A stretch of DNA of 64,000 nucleotides from Strigamia acuminata (lineage: Eukaryota): NCBI GenBank assembly GCA_949358305.1, contig OX442314.1:1488001-1552000 (forward strand), in the 5' to 3' direction. Positions 37,883-51,345 of the stretch are shown in pieces. The stretch's first letter is position 1. Every line of letters begins with the position of its first letter. Position numbers and translations under genes: made by a program. The notes under the pieces were generated by a model. It saw only the letters and a program-made list of their open reading frames with translations. It made no database searches and was not told the DNA's origin.

Positions 37883-40800
37883 GCCCGGGAATCGCCCTTC
37901 CGCCCGTCACCGAATTTTGTCAATATCTGATAAATTTCCACAGAATTGCAGCGACATTGTACGGGATATTTCTGCCCGATTTGACGGACTTATGTAAAAC
38001 ATTGCTGAAATTCCGTGGAAATTTATAAAATATTGACAAAGGTTGGTGACCGACCCACGGCGCGTTGCGGCGCGGTCGGAGCACGCGACCCGATCCCCCC
38101 CTCCCCCCGTCCCCAAAAAACCACGCCTCGAGGAACCCCGAGGTTCGGTTTCCGACCGGGTCGCCTCTTGATCCGACCCGGGGCGCGTCACGGCGCGGTC
38201 GAAGGACGGCCCTCGCCCCCAAAAACCACACTCCGGGTCACGTGGTCTCGCACCCGACTCTCTCAGTTTTCCCGTTACGGGATCATGACGGGCCGTTACG
38301 GGATCGTGACGGGACCGTCGGCGGCCCGTTAACGGCTTGTACGGGCCGTTACGGGATCGTGACGGGACCGTCGGCGGCCCGTTAACGGCCCGTGCGGACC
38401 GTTACGGGATCGTGACGGGACCGTCGGCGGCCCGTTAACGGCCCGTGCGGGCCCATGCGGGCCGTTGACGGGCCGTTGACGGGCCGTTGACGGGCCGTTA
38501 ACGGGCCGTTAACGGGCCGTGACGGTGTAAATCGAAAAAATCAACAACCGACAACACGTACGTGAAAACGCGTACAACATTCATAGACATTAATCTCGAA
38601 TCCTGTTTTTGGTTTTACGCCGTTAACGGGCCGTTAACGGCCCGTTAACGGCCCGTTAACGGCCCGCATGAGGTCGTACGGGCCGTTACGGGATCGTGAC
38701 GGGACCGTCGGCGGCCCGTTAACGGCCCGTGCGAGCCGTTACGGGATCGTGACGGGACCGTCGGCGGCCCGTTAACGGCCCGTGCGAGCCGTTACGGGAT
38801 CGTGACGGGACCGTCGGCGGCCCGTTAACGGCCCGTGCGAGCCGTTACGGGATCGTGACGGGACCGTCGGCGGCCCGTTAACGGCCCGTGCGGGCCGTTT
38901 TCGACCCGTTGCGGCCGTTTTCGACCCGTTGCGGCCCGTTTTCGACCCGTTACGGTCCTTGGCCGTAACGGGCCGAAAACGGGAAAACTGAAAAAGTCGA
39001 GTGCGAGACCACGTGACCCGGAGTGTGGTTTTTGGGGACGAGGGCCGTCCTCCGACCGCGCCGTGACGCGCCGCGGGTCGGTCACCAACTTTTGTCAATT
39101 TTTGACAGATTTTCACGGAATTTCAGCAACATTTTACGAGACATTTCTGCCCGATTGGACGGACTTGTTTAAAACATTGCTGAAATTCTGTGTTAATTTA
39201 TCAAAAATTGCAAAAATTCGGTGCGAATTTTGTCAGAAATTGGGAAAATTTTTTTAAAACTAGTCCAACGCGCCGATAAATCGAGCGCCCACACGCGCCC
39301 ACGTGCTTGGACAGTGCTGGGCGCGTCCAACCCGCGTGGACACTGTCAAGTCGGGCATTTTCGGGCACAGTTTGATGCGAGCAAATCTCGCAAAACTTGC
39401 ACCGAATTGTGGCAACATTTGATAGATTTCCACCGAATTTTAGCAATGTTTTACAAAAACCTGTGGAAATGTATCCAATCGGGCAGAAATGTCTCGCAAA
39501 ATATTGCTGAAATTACTTGGAAATTTATCACAAATTGTCAAAAGTCGGTGCAATTTTTTTGGACGCATCAAACCGTGTGCCCCGAGAGTCCACGAGTGTG
39601 CCCGACCTGACAGTGTCCACGCGGGGCGCACTGTCCACGCACGTGGGCGCGTGATTTACTGGCGCGTTGGACGAGTTCTAAAAAAATTCTCCAAAATCTG
39701 ACAAAACTTGCAACGATTTTTAACGACATTTAATAAATTTACACAGATTTTAAGCAATGTTTTACAGAAGCCCCATCCAAAAGGGCAGAAATATCCCGTA
39801 TAATGTCGCTGCAATTCTGTAGAAATTTATCAGATATTGACAAAATTCGGTGACGGGCGGAAGGGCGATTCCCGAGCGGAAGAGAGAGAGAGAGAGAGAG
39901 GGCGGACGGCCGGCGCCTACGCCGACGGGGCGAGAGGGCGAGTGCACTGTTCACGCATGTGGGCACGTGTGGGCGCTCGATTTACCGGCGCGTTGGACGA
40001 GTTAAACAAAATTTTCCCAATATTTTGCATAACTTGCACCGATTTTTAAGAACATTTGACTGATTTCCACAGATTTTAAGCGATGTTTTACACGTCCAAC
40101 CCGCGTGGACATTGTCAGATCGGGCGGTTTCGGGCACAGTTTTATTGTTAATTGTTTTTGCATTAGACATGTGTTTAATTCGTTTTGTCTTTTTAGTGGT
40201 TCCTTGACTCGGTGTGTACGGTTCTTGCGCGTCGTGCCCACGTTTAACACGTGGCCACACGAGTACATCGCGCACGCACATGCGTGGACTCTCGTCGACG
40301 ATCGTGTGATTCTAGTTACGTCAGTCTCGATGTTTTATATGATTTTATTTTGCTAATTGTTTTGAGCGCGTGCAATTTCAATTGTTGCACTCCCGCATTT
40401 TCTATTGTAGACTAGTATCTGGACAATTTAGTTCGTGTTCTTGAGTCGAATAAATTAGACGTGTTTTTAATTTTTCTGTCGCCATTTTTTGAATTCACTA
40501 GCGCTCTTCAGATGATTCGTTGCGCTGCATGAGAGCTTTAATTGATGAGTTGGAGGCCAGTAAATCGCGCGCCCACATGCGCACGTCCAACCCGCGTGGA
40601 CACTGTCAGATCGGGCACACGCGTGGACTCTCGGGGCACAGTTTGATGCGTGCAAAAGTTGCACCGACTTGTGGGAATTTTTTAACAAATTTCCACAGAA
40701 TTTCAGCGACATTTTACGAGACATTTCTGCCCGATGGGACGGACTTCTGTAAAACATTGCTTAAAATCCATGGAAATTTATCACATATTGACAAAATTCG

Positions 40801-43623
40801 GTGCAAGTTTTGTCAGAAATTAGGAAAAAACTTTTTTCAAAACTCGTCCAACGCGCCGGTAAATTGAGCGCCCACGTGCGTCGACAGTGGGCGCTTCAAA
40901 ACCGCGTGGACACTGTCAGATCTCGGCACAGTTTGATGCGCCCAAATCTAGCAATACTTGCACCGACTTTTGGCAATTTGTGACAAATTTTCACAGAATT
41001 TCGGCAACATTTTACGACACATTTCTGCCCGGTTGGACACATTTCCACAGGTTTTTTGTAAAACGTTGCTAAAATTCCGTTGAATTTCATCAAAAATTGT
41101 GTCAAAAGTCGGTGACGGGCGGAGGGGCGAGCTCCGGGCGCCCGAGAGAGAGAGAGAAAGAGAGAGAGAGGGGACGGCCGGGGCTCCCGCCGACGGGCGG
41201 AGGGGCGAGCCTTGGCGGGTTGGGCGTGCACTATCTAGGCATGTGGGCGCTCGATTTACCGGCACGTTGGACAAGTTTTGAAAATTTTTTTTTTCCTAAT
41301 TTTTGACAAAATTAGCACCGAATTTTGCCAATATTTGATAAATTTCCACGGAATTTTATCAATGTTTTACAAAAAACCCCTGGAAATGTGTCCAATCGAG
41401 CAGAAATGTCTCGTAAAATATCGCTGAAATTTGTCTAAAATTGACAAAAAATCGGTGCAAGTTTTGCTAGATATTTGCCCGGATCAAACTGTGCCCGAAA
41501 CCGCCCGATCTGACAGTGTGCACGCGGGCTGGACGTGCCCACTGTCCCCGCATGTGCACTCGCCGGCGCGTTGGACGAGTTTAAGAAGATTTTATCAATT
41601 TCTGACAAAACTTGCATCGATTTTTTGTCAATATTTGATAAATTTCCCCAGAATTTTAGCAATAAAACCTTTGAAAATGTATCCAAAAGAGCAGAAATGT
41701 CCTGTAAAATATTGCTGAAAATCTGTTGAAATTCATCAAATATTGACAAAAATCTGTGACGAGCGGAGGGGCGATCCTTTGGCGGCCGAAAGAGAGAGGG
41801 GGGACGGTCGGGGCTCCCGCCGACGGGCGGAGGGGCGAGCCTTGGCGGCCGAGAGAGAGAGAGAGAGAGGACGGCCGGGGCTCCCGCCGGCGCACTGTCC
41901 ATGGGCGCGCTCGATTTACTGGCGCGTTGGACGAATTTTAAATTTTTTGTTTCCTATTTCTGACTAAATTTGCACAGACTTTTGTCAATTTTTGACAAAT
42001 TTTCACGGAATTTCAGCAATGGGACGGACTTATGTAAAACATCGCTTAAAATCTGGAAATCTGTCAAATCTTCTTTTAATTTATGCAAGATATTGGGAAA
42101 TTTTGGTTTAACTCGTCCAACGGGCCGGTAAATCGAGCGCCCACACGCGCCCACATGCACGTCCAACCCGCATGGGCACTGTCACATCGGACGTTTGTTG
42201 CGTGCAAAACTTGCACCGACTTTTGGCCATTTTTGGTTAAACTTTCGCACAATTTCTGCCCGATTGGACACTGAGGTTCGGTTTCCGACCGGGTCGTTTC
42301 TTGTCCGACCCGCGGCGCGTCGCGGCGCGGCCGGAGGACGGCCCTCGTCCCCAAAAACCACACTCCGAGTCACGGGTCGCACGGCCAACAGGCCGTGACG
42401 GGCCGTAGCGGGTCGAAAACGGGCCGTTAACGGCCCGTTGACGGCCCGTTAGCGGCCCGCATGAGGTCGCACGGGCCGTCGGCGAGCCGAAGTCCGGGAA
42501 CGAAGGCCGTTACGGGACCGTGACGGGACCGTCGGCGGCCCGTTAACGGCCCGTGCGAGCCGTTACGGGACCGTGACGGGACCGTCGGCGGCCCGTTAAC
42601 GGCCCGTGCGGGCCGTTACGGGATCGTGACGGGACCGTCGGCGGCCCGTTAACGGCCCGTGCGGGCCGTTACGGGATCGTAACGGGCCGTTAACGGGCCG
42701 TTAACGGGCCGTTAACGGGCCGTGACGGTGTAAATCGAAAAAATCAACAACCGACAACACGTACATGAAAACGCGTACAACATTCATAGACATTAATCTC
42801 GAATCCTGTTTTTGGTTTTACGCCGTTAACGGGCCGTTAACGGCCCGTTAACGGCCCGTTAACGGCCCGCATGAGGTCGTACGGGCCGTTACGGGGTCGT
42901 GACGGGATCGTCGGCGGCCCGTTAACGGCCCGTGCGGGCCGTTACGGGATAGTTACGGAACCGTCGGCGGCCCGTTAACGGCCCGTGCGAGCCGTTACGG
43001 GATCGTGACGGGACCGTCGGCGGCCCGTTAACGGCCCGTGCGGGCCGTTGCGGGATCGTGACGGGATCGTCGACGGCCCGTTAACGGCCCGTGCGGGCCG
43101 TTGCGGGATCGTGACGGGACCGTCAGCGGCCCGTTAACGGCCCGTGCGGGCCGTTGCGGGATCGTGACGGGATCGTCGACGGCCCGTTAACGGCCCGTGC
43201 GGGCCGTTGCGGGCCGTTGACGGGCCGTTGACGGGCCGTTAACGGGCCGTTAACGGGCCGTTACGGCGTGAATCGAAAAAATCAACAACCGACAACACGT
43301 ACATGAAAACGCGTACAACATTCATAGACATTAATCTCGAATCCTGTTTTTGGTTTTACGCCGTTAACGGGCCGTTAACGGCCCGTTAACGGCCCGTTAA
43401 CGGCCCGCATGAGGTCGTACGGGCCGTTACGGGGTCGTGACGGGATCGTCGGCGGCCCGTTAACGGCCCGTGCGGGCCGTTACGGGATAGTTACGGAACC
43501 GTCGGCGGCCCGTTAACGGCCCGTGCGAGCCGTTACGGGATCGTGACGGGACCGTCGGCGGCCCGTTAACGGCCCGTGCGAGCCGTTACGGGATTGTGAC
43601 GGGACCGTCGGCGGCCCGTTAAC
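37660..43623. repeat. Complex repeat field: AT-rich TTGTCAA/GAAATTT modules in both orientations plus satellite blocks (38275-38900, 42420-43623)
   Basis: Recurrent modules; 37860-38330 is duplicated at 52090-52570. Confidence 0.8.
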
Positions 43624-46600
43624 TGTAGCTCTGTGGCGCAATAAATGCACGATAAATCGTGCTGGAAGCGTGAAAATAACGTGCTCACGGCAATGCATGA
43701 GCTGGAAAAATTGCCGTGATGCGTAAACGCGAGTTCGGGTCTGTATTGGGCCAGAAAACGCGTGTACCACACTTATAAAGACGTGTGGCACATAAACTAA
43801 TACTGATAATTAACAAAATACACTTTAATTCGAGAAAACTTACATAATTGATCCAAAAACCATTGGAAAACATAGAGAAACACACTGGCTGTGTGCGCGG
43901 CCATTTGCAATCTGCCAGAGACATCTGGTGGCCGAAAATAGAAACAATAAGTAGAAATACACACAGAATAGAGGATGCATGATGCCAGATGGATAAGACA
44001 CATCTAAAAGGCATCATGCATTCCCTTTACATAGAAACTAAGGAAAAACATAAGAAACAATACTAAATTACCCCGAATAAGAAAAGATAACCGATGGATA
44101 ATAAAATAAACATTTCAAAGTCATTTCACATCGAAAAACGATTTAATTAGGTGAAAAGCGGTTCCAAAGTCCAACAATTCCCTCCTTCGATGTAAAATGT
44201 CGGTGTTGAATGATCGAAAAAGCTACTTCGAGACGAAAATGCGTGATAATAAATTCCGGAGGCGCTCTGAACTGAGCCACTTGGTGAAAATGTCGGATAC
44301 ATTTATCTCACCCGGAATCTTGCGGAGTTCGAAACATCCGGCAATATGCCACTCACGAAGCCAGTGAAATTTTACTCGAATATGTTTCGTTTTCGAGTTC
44401 TCGATGTCGTTGTTCGTGAACTGAATCGAGGCGAGGGCATCGGAAAATATGATCGGTTTCGATAATCGACGTAAAGGCGGAAATACTTGATAAATACTGT
44501 CCAACCAGTATAATTCTTTGACGATTTCGACTAATGCCACAAATTCGGCTTCCATAGTGGAGCAGGCAACGCTGGTCTGTTTTTTGCAGCTCCAGCCAAT
44601 GGGCACACTTCCGATGTAGACAATGTATCCGCCGAATGATCTCGATGTAGCAATGTCGGAGGCCCAAGAGGCGTCTGTGCAACCCCACAGTTGACTCGAA
44701 TCGCATTTCGAAAGTTCGATGGAATAATCACTCGTATTGGCCACATATCGAAGAACTTGAAGCAAACACTTAATGTGGCTTTGGTCGTAGCAGTTGTTGT
44801 ACTGCGAGAGAGCGATGACCGAGTATAAGATATCGGGACGAGTGCGAGAAGCGAGAAAAAGTAATGATCCGATGAGCGACCGATACGGGAAATCCGGGAG
44901 ATTGTCCAACGAGCCTTTCACGAGCGTGGTTCCCGGTGTAACAGGCACTTTAATGAGTGCATCGGACGAAACATCAAACTTTTTGAGGAGTTTATCGATG
45001 TAATTGCGTTGAGTCATGAAGACTTTCCCGTCACGACGCTCGAATTCCACTCCGAGCAACTTGGTTATCGGGCCGAGGTTGACGATTTCGAACTTGCTCG
45101 TGATCAATGCAAGAATACGGTCTCGGATGTTCTCCGACGCGTAAAATAAAACGATGTCGTCAACGTAAACTAACATGATGGCCGAATGTCCAAATGCGTA
45201 AACGCAATTACAAGCCGGAAATTTCTGGAATCCGAGTCCGGTTAACGTTTCATCGAGCTTTTGGTACCACATGCGCCCCGACTGATGAAGACCGTAAAGC
45301 GACTTGGTCAACAACCAGACGTTGTCGGGCGAGGAGCATGTGGCACCGGCGGGAATCCGCATGTAGATTTCGTGGTCGAGGTCGCCGTAGAGGTAGGCAC
45401 ATTTTACGTCGAGATGAGTATCCCTCCATCCCAACAAGACGACTAGAAGACAGAAGAAAAATCGGATGAGCACGAAGTTAACTACCGGACTAAAAACTTC
45501 ATCGAAATCAACGCCCATTGTTTGGCGGAAACCTTGTGCGACAAGTCGGGCACGGTATCGATGAATTGTCCCGGTGGCGTCCGATTTTAACTTGAAAATC
45601 CACTTGCAACCTAGGACTGTCTTATCCGGTGGACGCGGAACCTCTTTGTAAACCTCGCGCTTCTTGAAAGTAGAAAGCTCCTCGTCGATTGCTTCGGTCC
45701 ATTTCGGTGCTTCGGGCAATTTAACTGCTTCGGCATATGTGGCCGGTTCCCGAAAACACATGAAGACACGATGAGGCGATGGTGGAACATAGGGCATGTG
45801 GTGTTCCAAATTGCCAAAAAAGAAAATAGACTCGTCATACGGTAGCCGATGTGCGAAACAATAAGCGGCGATATCGTTCTGCGACCGCAAGCGGACACCG
45901 TGTTCCGGATAATAATAAACGTCGACCTTGATCTTTCCCGGGATTTGATCTTTCCGGAGATGTTCCTCTCTCCTCCATCCGCTGAAGGGCGAAACGCCGC
46001 CAATAAAACTCCAAGGGCAATGAAGAGCACGTAAAGGGGCCAAACTAGGCGTACCCGGAGCGGGAATAGGCAAGGCGGCCGCTTCGTCAAGAAGGTCGTC
46101 GTCAAAGTCAGAACCCTGTACAGACATCGCCGTGGTGTCGTCAAGACATGGAAGAGTTGGGTAAGAGATCGAACGTCGCAGCTGGGGTAAACGCGTGGAA
46201 CGTATGGTTGGAGAAAATTGGCCATGTCCTGCAACGGTCGCTGCAGTAACGGAGTCATCGGCAGCGGTCACGGAGCCATCAGGAATAGCCTCACCATCCA
46301 GAGGCACGCTTGCAGCGGCGGACGGGGCAAATGAAGCGAAAGACGGAGCGGTCGAAGCGACAGACTGAGCACGACTGATAATTCCATCATCGTCACTACT
46401 GCCGGCGGAAGAATCGTTATCCGAATCGCGACGTCGTCGAGGCCAAGGTTGAGTTGGGAAATTATCATGAAAAGTGACACGCGACGGGGTGTGGCCACGA
46501 GCAGGCTCCTCCATGGGTGGAGCATTGTCATCCGGATCCGGAACATAAAAGGGCGAGCGTTTAAAGTTCTGCCGTTCATCGATTTGGACGTGGACAGTTT

Positions 46601-49600
46601 CGGTGACAGTGTTCGTAGCCGGATTCAAAACTCGATAACCGCGAGTACCAGAAGCGTAGCCGACGAGAAATCCCTCCCACGCTCGAGGATCCAGTTTGTT
46701 GCGTCCAGGCGCGGTGAAGTGCACCCAGCACTTGGAACCGATTTTACGAAAATGTCTGACGGAGAGAGCTCGCTGGCGCCACAAAATGTACGGGATTTCG
46801 TCGTTGAGCTTCGAATGCGGACTTCGGTTCTTGATGTACACGAAAGTCACAGCAAGTTCGGCCCAAAGCGTATGCGGAAATCCGGTTTCGGATCTAACGG
46901 AGCGGAGATAATCGCCCATCGTCCGGTTCAGGCGTTCGGCGACTCCGTTCATTTGTGGGCTCGCGGGATTGGTCCGTTGTGCAACAATGCCCTTGTCGGC
47001 GAGATAACGGTCAAAATCCCTTGAAATGAATTCTCCTCCACGGTCGGTACGAATCGTTTTGATCCGGCAATCGGCTATACGTTCAACACGGGAAACAAAG
47101 TCTTTGAAGGTAGCAAAAACATCGGATTTACGGGCGATCGGGAAAAGCCAGGCATACCTGGTGGCGTCGTCGATAATGGTGAAGGCGAAATTAGCGCCAC
47201 CAATGGAAGGCAGCCTCGACGGACCCCAGACGTCCATGTGAAGCAATTCAAGCGGTTTCGTGGTCAAAGGCGCGGAAATCGGCTTATGCGAAGCACGCGT
47301 AGACTTGGCGACACGGCACGTGTTGCATGAAAGTTCCTGTCGAACAGCAGCTGGATCAAGTCCGTAAACCTGGGAGTTAGCAGCCAAAGTCCGCATGGCT
47401 TTGGTGTGCAGGTGACCCAGTCTGCTGTGCCACAATCCCGTGGCATCCGCGACGTTGACCGACGTAGTAACCGGTTTAAGAGGTGATGTTGCATTTGACT
47501 TAGCAACAGGAGGAGGTGATGTTGCGTTTGACTTGGCAACGGGAAGAGGAGAGGTGAGGGCATTGGAATACATCCGGATCTGTTGAGGTTGGGATCCGGG
47601 AATAGGAGCAGGACTGGTAGGAAAAAGTGAAGGGACCAGTAAGGTGTTGGAGGAGACGGGCAAGCGGAAATCGGTCATATTGTCAGCCGACTTCGTCTTA
47701 GCCTTGTTGGAAGACTTGGGCAATGCGGGAAAGTCCTCTTCCTTCGTCACTAGAGTGGTCGGTGTCGGAGTCGGAGGCAACGATGAAACGGGTGGAGGAC
47801 TCGAAACATTAGTCGGAGCGGCGAATGGCGAGATAAGCCCATCCACGAAATAAAGTCCAGACTTCTGTTTCGCCCGAAGAACACTTAGTTTGATATCCGT
47901 TTCATACGTGTGCAATTCCGAGTTGTGAATGTGGATGTGATGTCCGCATTTATCAATCCGAGAAACCGAGATAAGATTGGCGCCGAAGTCAGGTGCGAAT
48001 AAGACGTCGCGTAGCATTACGGTGCATTCGCAGCCATCGATGAGCGACTTGACCGGAACGTCACCTTTGCCTGTGACCTTCGAACTGCCTTGTCCTAACT
48101 CGATGTTGAACGGGACAACGGAAACAAAGTTCGTGAACCACGCTTGAACGTGCGAGACGTGGTCTGTTGCGCCACAATCAACGATCCATTCGTGGGATTG
48201 GAGGAAATGCACAGTCGGTGCTGTAACAACTGGTGGCGCAGACAAGAGGTACGCAGCATCACGTCGCGGGCGGGAAATTTCACGGCTTTGACCACCCGGT
48301 TGCTGAGAATTGGTTCCCTTTCGACGTCGGTTTTTGCTGCGAGATCGTCCTTGTAGTGCAGCTGCCGGTTGCTGTTCCTTCAATTGTCGGCGCGGAAGAG
48401 GGCATTTGTTCGCGTAGTGGCCCATCTGATCGCAATTGAAACAACGAATTTTCGATAGTGGACGAGGATTGCGAGATTGACTGCGGTTGCGATTGTCCGC
48501 GGCGAATGCCGACGTCTTCTTCGTATTGTGATCGGATTTCGACTTCAAACGAAGGTATTCCGACAAGAGCTGTTCGGAGACTTTGGCCGGGGTAAAATTC
48601 GCCAACGGCCAATGGTAAATGGAGAACGTTGCCTGGTCGTAATCCGCCGGAAGAAAATCGAGGTACTGGTAGGCCTGGTGTCGAGGGAGAATGTCCTCTC
48701 CGATGTCCTTCAATTGACGAACCATCAGGTCTACACGCCCCAGGAAATCGGGCATCTCCTCGTTCGGCTCCAGTTTCAATTGCAAGAACTGTCGGCGCAT
48801 AGCTGCCTGACGGGCAAGTGAACTGGGGGCGTAGATCTTGGCGAGCATGTCCCATTGTTCCTTCGGTGTCTCGCAGCCATCGAGTGCCGACTGTTTGGCT
48901 TCGGATACCAAACAATAAATTGTTCCTAGGGCTCGTTCCTTCCGACGTTGATATTTGCGTTTCTCTTTATCATCCGCCGTCTTCAGAAAATCCTCCTCGC
49001 CGTCTTCTGTGACGTGATGCCACAGGCCTTCACTTTTGAGCAACATCTTAACTGTTCGTTTCCATTGTTCGTAGTTGCCGGTCGTCAGGACCGGTACACG
49101 TCCCGACGTCGCTTCGGAAGCCTTTTGCATGATTGCGGAGGAAAAATCGTCGAAAAATTTCCGAAAATCGAAGCACAATTGACGAAATCGAAGCACTTTT
49201 CACTCGAAGCACTCGAAGCACTACCGACGCACACACAAACGTTGTTCGAAGCGGAAAGACCTCGACGGGGAGCCAATGCTAAAATTGGCTTGAAAACCTT
49301 AGACAAGTGTCCCCCTAACGTCCTTTATGACCACCTGGGGCCGCGGGAATGTTAGGTGGCGCAGGGCTCAGCCTTGTCTAAGAATACAGTGACGCTTGCC
49401 CAGATTTGGACGAAGGGCGCCAAGGATTCTAATTGACCCACACCAAAAAAACTTAAAACTAACAAATAATTTCGAAATCTGAAATAAAAAGAAGGAGAAG
49501 TTGATGAATCTGTGTGCACAGACGTCCCTGTGCACACCGCGCATAAAAAATGCGGAATTCTTCGAAAGATCGCCGACCGATTTCGAAAATCGGGAAAAAA

Positions 49601-50408
49601 ATCGCCGTCCGATTGTGAAAATCGGGAAAAACTTCTGAAAAAAAAAATTCGCCGTACACCGGGGTACTAAGCGAGATGAAGTTCTATGTGGCCACACTGT
49701 ACTCCGGGGTACAAAGTGTGTTGAGACATCGGAAATTCGGCGAAAAACTGGAAATAAACAAAAATTTCCGCACAAATCGCGAAAAAATCGCGAAATTTAC
49801 GGAAAATTAGTGAAAAAACGAGGCACTGGTGTCTTTCCAGGCCTCTGCTACCACTTGTAGCTCTGTGGCGCAATAAATGCACGATAAATCGTGCTGGAAG
49901 CGTGAAAATAACGTGCTCACGGCAATGCATGAGCTGGAAAAATTGCCGTGATGCGTAAACGCGAGTTCGGGTCTGTATTGGGCCAGAAAACGCGTGTACC
50001 ACACTTATAAAGACGTGTGGCACATAAACTAATACTGATAATTAACAAAATACACTTTAATTCGAGAAAACTTACATAATTGATCCAAAAACCATTGGAA
50101 AACATAGAGAAACACACTGGCTGTGTGCGCGGCCATTTGCAATCTGCCAGAGACATCTGGTGGCCGAAAATAGAAACAATAAGTAGAAATACACACAGAA
50201 TAGAGGATGCATGATGCCAGATGGATAAGACACATCTAAAAGGCATCATGCATTCCCTTTACATAGAAACTAAGGAAAAACATAAGAAACAATACTAAAT
50301 TACCCCGAATAAGAAAAGATAACCGATGGATAATAAAATAAACATTTCAAAGTCATTTCACATCGAAAAACGATTTAATTAGGTGAAAAGCGGTTCCAAA
50401 GTCCAACA
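43624..50408 (-). mobile_element. Complete Ty1/copia LTR retrotransposon 2 (MBD-containing) inserted in the satellite
   Basis: 553-bp LTRs 43624-44176 and 49856-50408, TSD TTAAC, PBS CCTCTGCTACCA 49842-49853, PPT next to 44177. Confidence 0.97.
44223..49130 (-). CDS. Copia gag-pol, ~1635 aa from ATG 49130, with MBD between integrase and RT
   Basis: CFNCDQMGHYANKC, WIVDCGAT, WHSRLGH, HMDVWGP, YVDD, CTDASWA. Confidence 0.97.
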   Translation of the reverse strand: MQKASEATSGRVPVLTTGNYEQWKRTVKMLLKSEGLWHHVTEDGEEDFLKTADDKEKRKYQRRKERALGTIYCLVSEAKQSALDGCETPKEQWDMLAKIYAPSSLARQAAMRRQFLQLKLEPNEEMPDFLGRVDLMVRQLKDIGEDILPRHQAYQYLDFLPADYDQATFSIYHWPLANFTPAKVSEQLLSEYLRLKSKSDHNTKKTSAFAADNRNRSQSRNPRPLSKIRCFNCDQMGHYANKCPLPRRQLKEQQPAAALQGRSRSKNRRRKGTNSQQPGGQSREISRPRRDAAYLLSAPPVVTAPTVHFLQSHEWIVDCGATDHVSHVQAWFTNFVSVVPFNIELGQGSSKVTGKGDVPVKSLIDGCECTVMLRDVLFAPDFGANLISVSRIDKCGHHIHIHNSELHTYETDIKLSVLRAKQKSGLYFVDGLISPFAAPTNVSSPPPVSSLPPTPTPTTLVTKEEDFPALPKSSNKAKTKSADNMTDFRLPVSSNTLLVPSLFPTSPAPIPGSQPQQIRMYSNALTSPLPVAKSNATSPPPVAKSNATSPLKPVTTSVNVADATGLWHSRLGHLHTKAMRTLAANSQVYGLDPAAVRQELSCNTCRVAKSTRASHKPISAPLTTKPLELLHMDVWGPSRLPSIGGANFAFTIIDDATRYAWLFPIARKSDVFATFKDFVSRVERIADCRIKTIRTDRGGEFISRDFDRYLADKGIVAQRTNPASPQMNGVAERLNRTMGDYLRSVRSETGFPHTLWAELAVTFVYIKNRSPHSKLNDEIPYILWRQRALSVRHFRKIGSKCWVHFTAPGRNKLDPRAWEGFLVGYASGTRGYRVLNPATNTVTETVHVQIDERQNFKRSPFYVPDPDDNAPPMEEPARGHTPSRVTFHDNFPTQPWPRRRRDSDNDSSAGSSDDDGIISRAQSVASTAPSFASFAPSAAASVPLDGEAIPDGSVTAADDSVTAATVAGHGQFSPTIRSTRLPQLRRSISYPTLPCLDDTTAMSVQGSDFDDDLLDEAAALPIPAPGTPSLAPLRALHCPWSFIGGVSPFSGWRREEHLRKDQIPGKIKVDVYYYPEHGVRLRSQNDIAAYCFAHRLPYDESIFFFGNLEHHMPYVPPSPHRVFMCFREPATYAEAVKLPEAPKWTEAIDEELSTFKKREVYKEVPRPPDKTVLGCKWIFKLKSDATGTIHRYRARLVAQGFRQTMGVDFDEVFSPVVNFVLIRFFFCLLVVLLGWRDTHLDVKCAYLYGDLDHEIYMRIPAGATCSSPDNVWLLTKSLYGLHQSGRMWYQKLDETLTGLGFQKFPACNCVYAFGHSAIMLVYVDDIVLFYASENIRDRILALITSKFEIVNLGPITKLLGVEFERRDGKVFMTQRNYIDKLLKKFDVSSDALIKVPVTPGTTLVKGSLDNLPDFPYRSLIGSLLFLASRTRPDILYSVIALSQYNNCYDQSHIKCLLQVLRYVANTSDYSIELSKCDSSQLWGCTDASWASDIATSRSFGGYIVYIGSVPIGWSCKKQTSVACSTMEAEFVALVEIVKELYWLDSIYQVFPPLRRLSKPIIFSDALASIQFTNNDIENSKTKHIRVKFHWLREWHIAGCFELRKIPGEINVSDIFTKWLSSERLRNLLSRIFVSK

Positions 50409-51005
50409 TTAACGGCCCGTGCGGGCCGTTTTCGACCCGTTGCGGCCGTTTTCGACCCGTTGCGGCCCGTTTTCGACCCGTTACGGTCCTTGGCCGTAAC
50501 GGGCCGAAAACGGGAAAACTGAAAAAGTCGAGTGCGAGACCACGTGACCCGGAGTGTGGTTTTTGGGGGCGAGGGCCGTCCTCCGACCGCGCCGTGACGC
50601 GCCCCGAGTCGGATCAAGAGGCGACCCGGTCGGAAACCGAACCTCGGGGTTCCTCGAGGCGTGGTTTTTTGGGGACGGGGGGAGGGGGGGGGGGGGGGGG
50701 GGATCGGGTCGCGTGCTCCGACCGCGCCGCAACGCGATGTGGGTCGGTCACCAACTTTTGTCAATTTTTGACAAATTTCCACGGAATTTCAGCAACATTT
50801 TACGAGACGTTTCTGCCCGACTAGACACGTTTCCGCAGGTTTTAGCAAAACAACGTTAAATTCTGTGGAAATTTATCAAATGTTGACAAAATTCTGTGCA
50901 AGTTTTGTCAGATACTTACTTACTTACGATATAAACTCGAACGTCGTCCATCGACACTCTCAACATTCCACCGGACATTTTCCGGAAGAGTTTGTCCCGA
51001 TCGGG

Positions 51006-51345
51006 ACCACGCCTCGACGAAGCCCGGGACCCGGTTTCCGACCGGGTCGTTTTTGGCCCAAGTCACGGCGCGTCGCGGCGCTTTCGGAGCACGCGACCCG
51101 ATCCCCCCCTCCCCCCGTTCTCAAAAACCACGCCTCGACGAAGCCCGGGACCCGGTTTCCGACCGGGTCGTTTTTGGCCCAAGTCACGGCGCGTCGCGGC
51201 GCTTTCGGAGCACGCGACCCGATCCCCCCCTCCCCCCGTTCTCAAAAACCACGCCTCGACGAAGCCCGGGACCCGGTTTCCGACCGGGTCGTTTTTGGCC
51301 CAAGTCACGGCGCGTCGCGGCGCGTTCGGAGCACATGAACCGATC
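51006..51345. repeat. About 3 x 121-bp subterminal tandem repeat
   Basis: ACCACGCCTCGACGAAG at 51006, 51127 and 51248. Confidence 0.9.
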
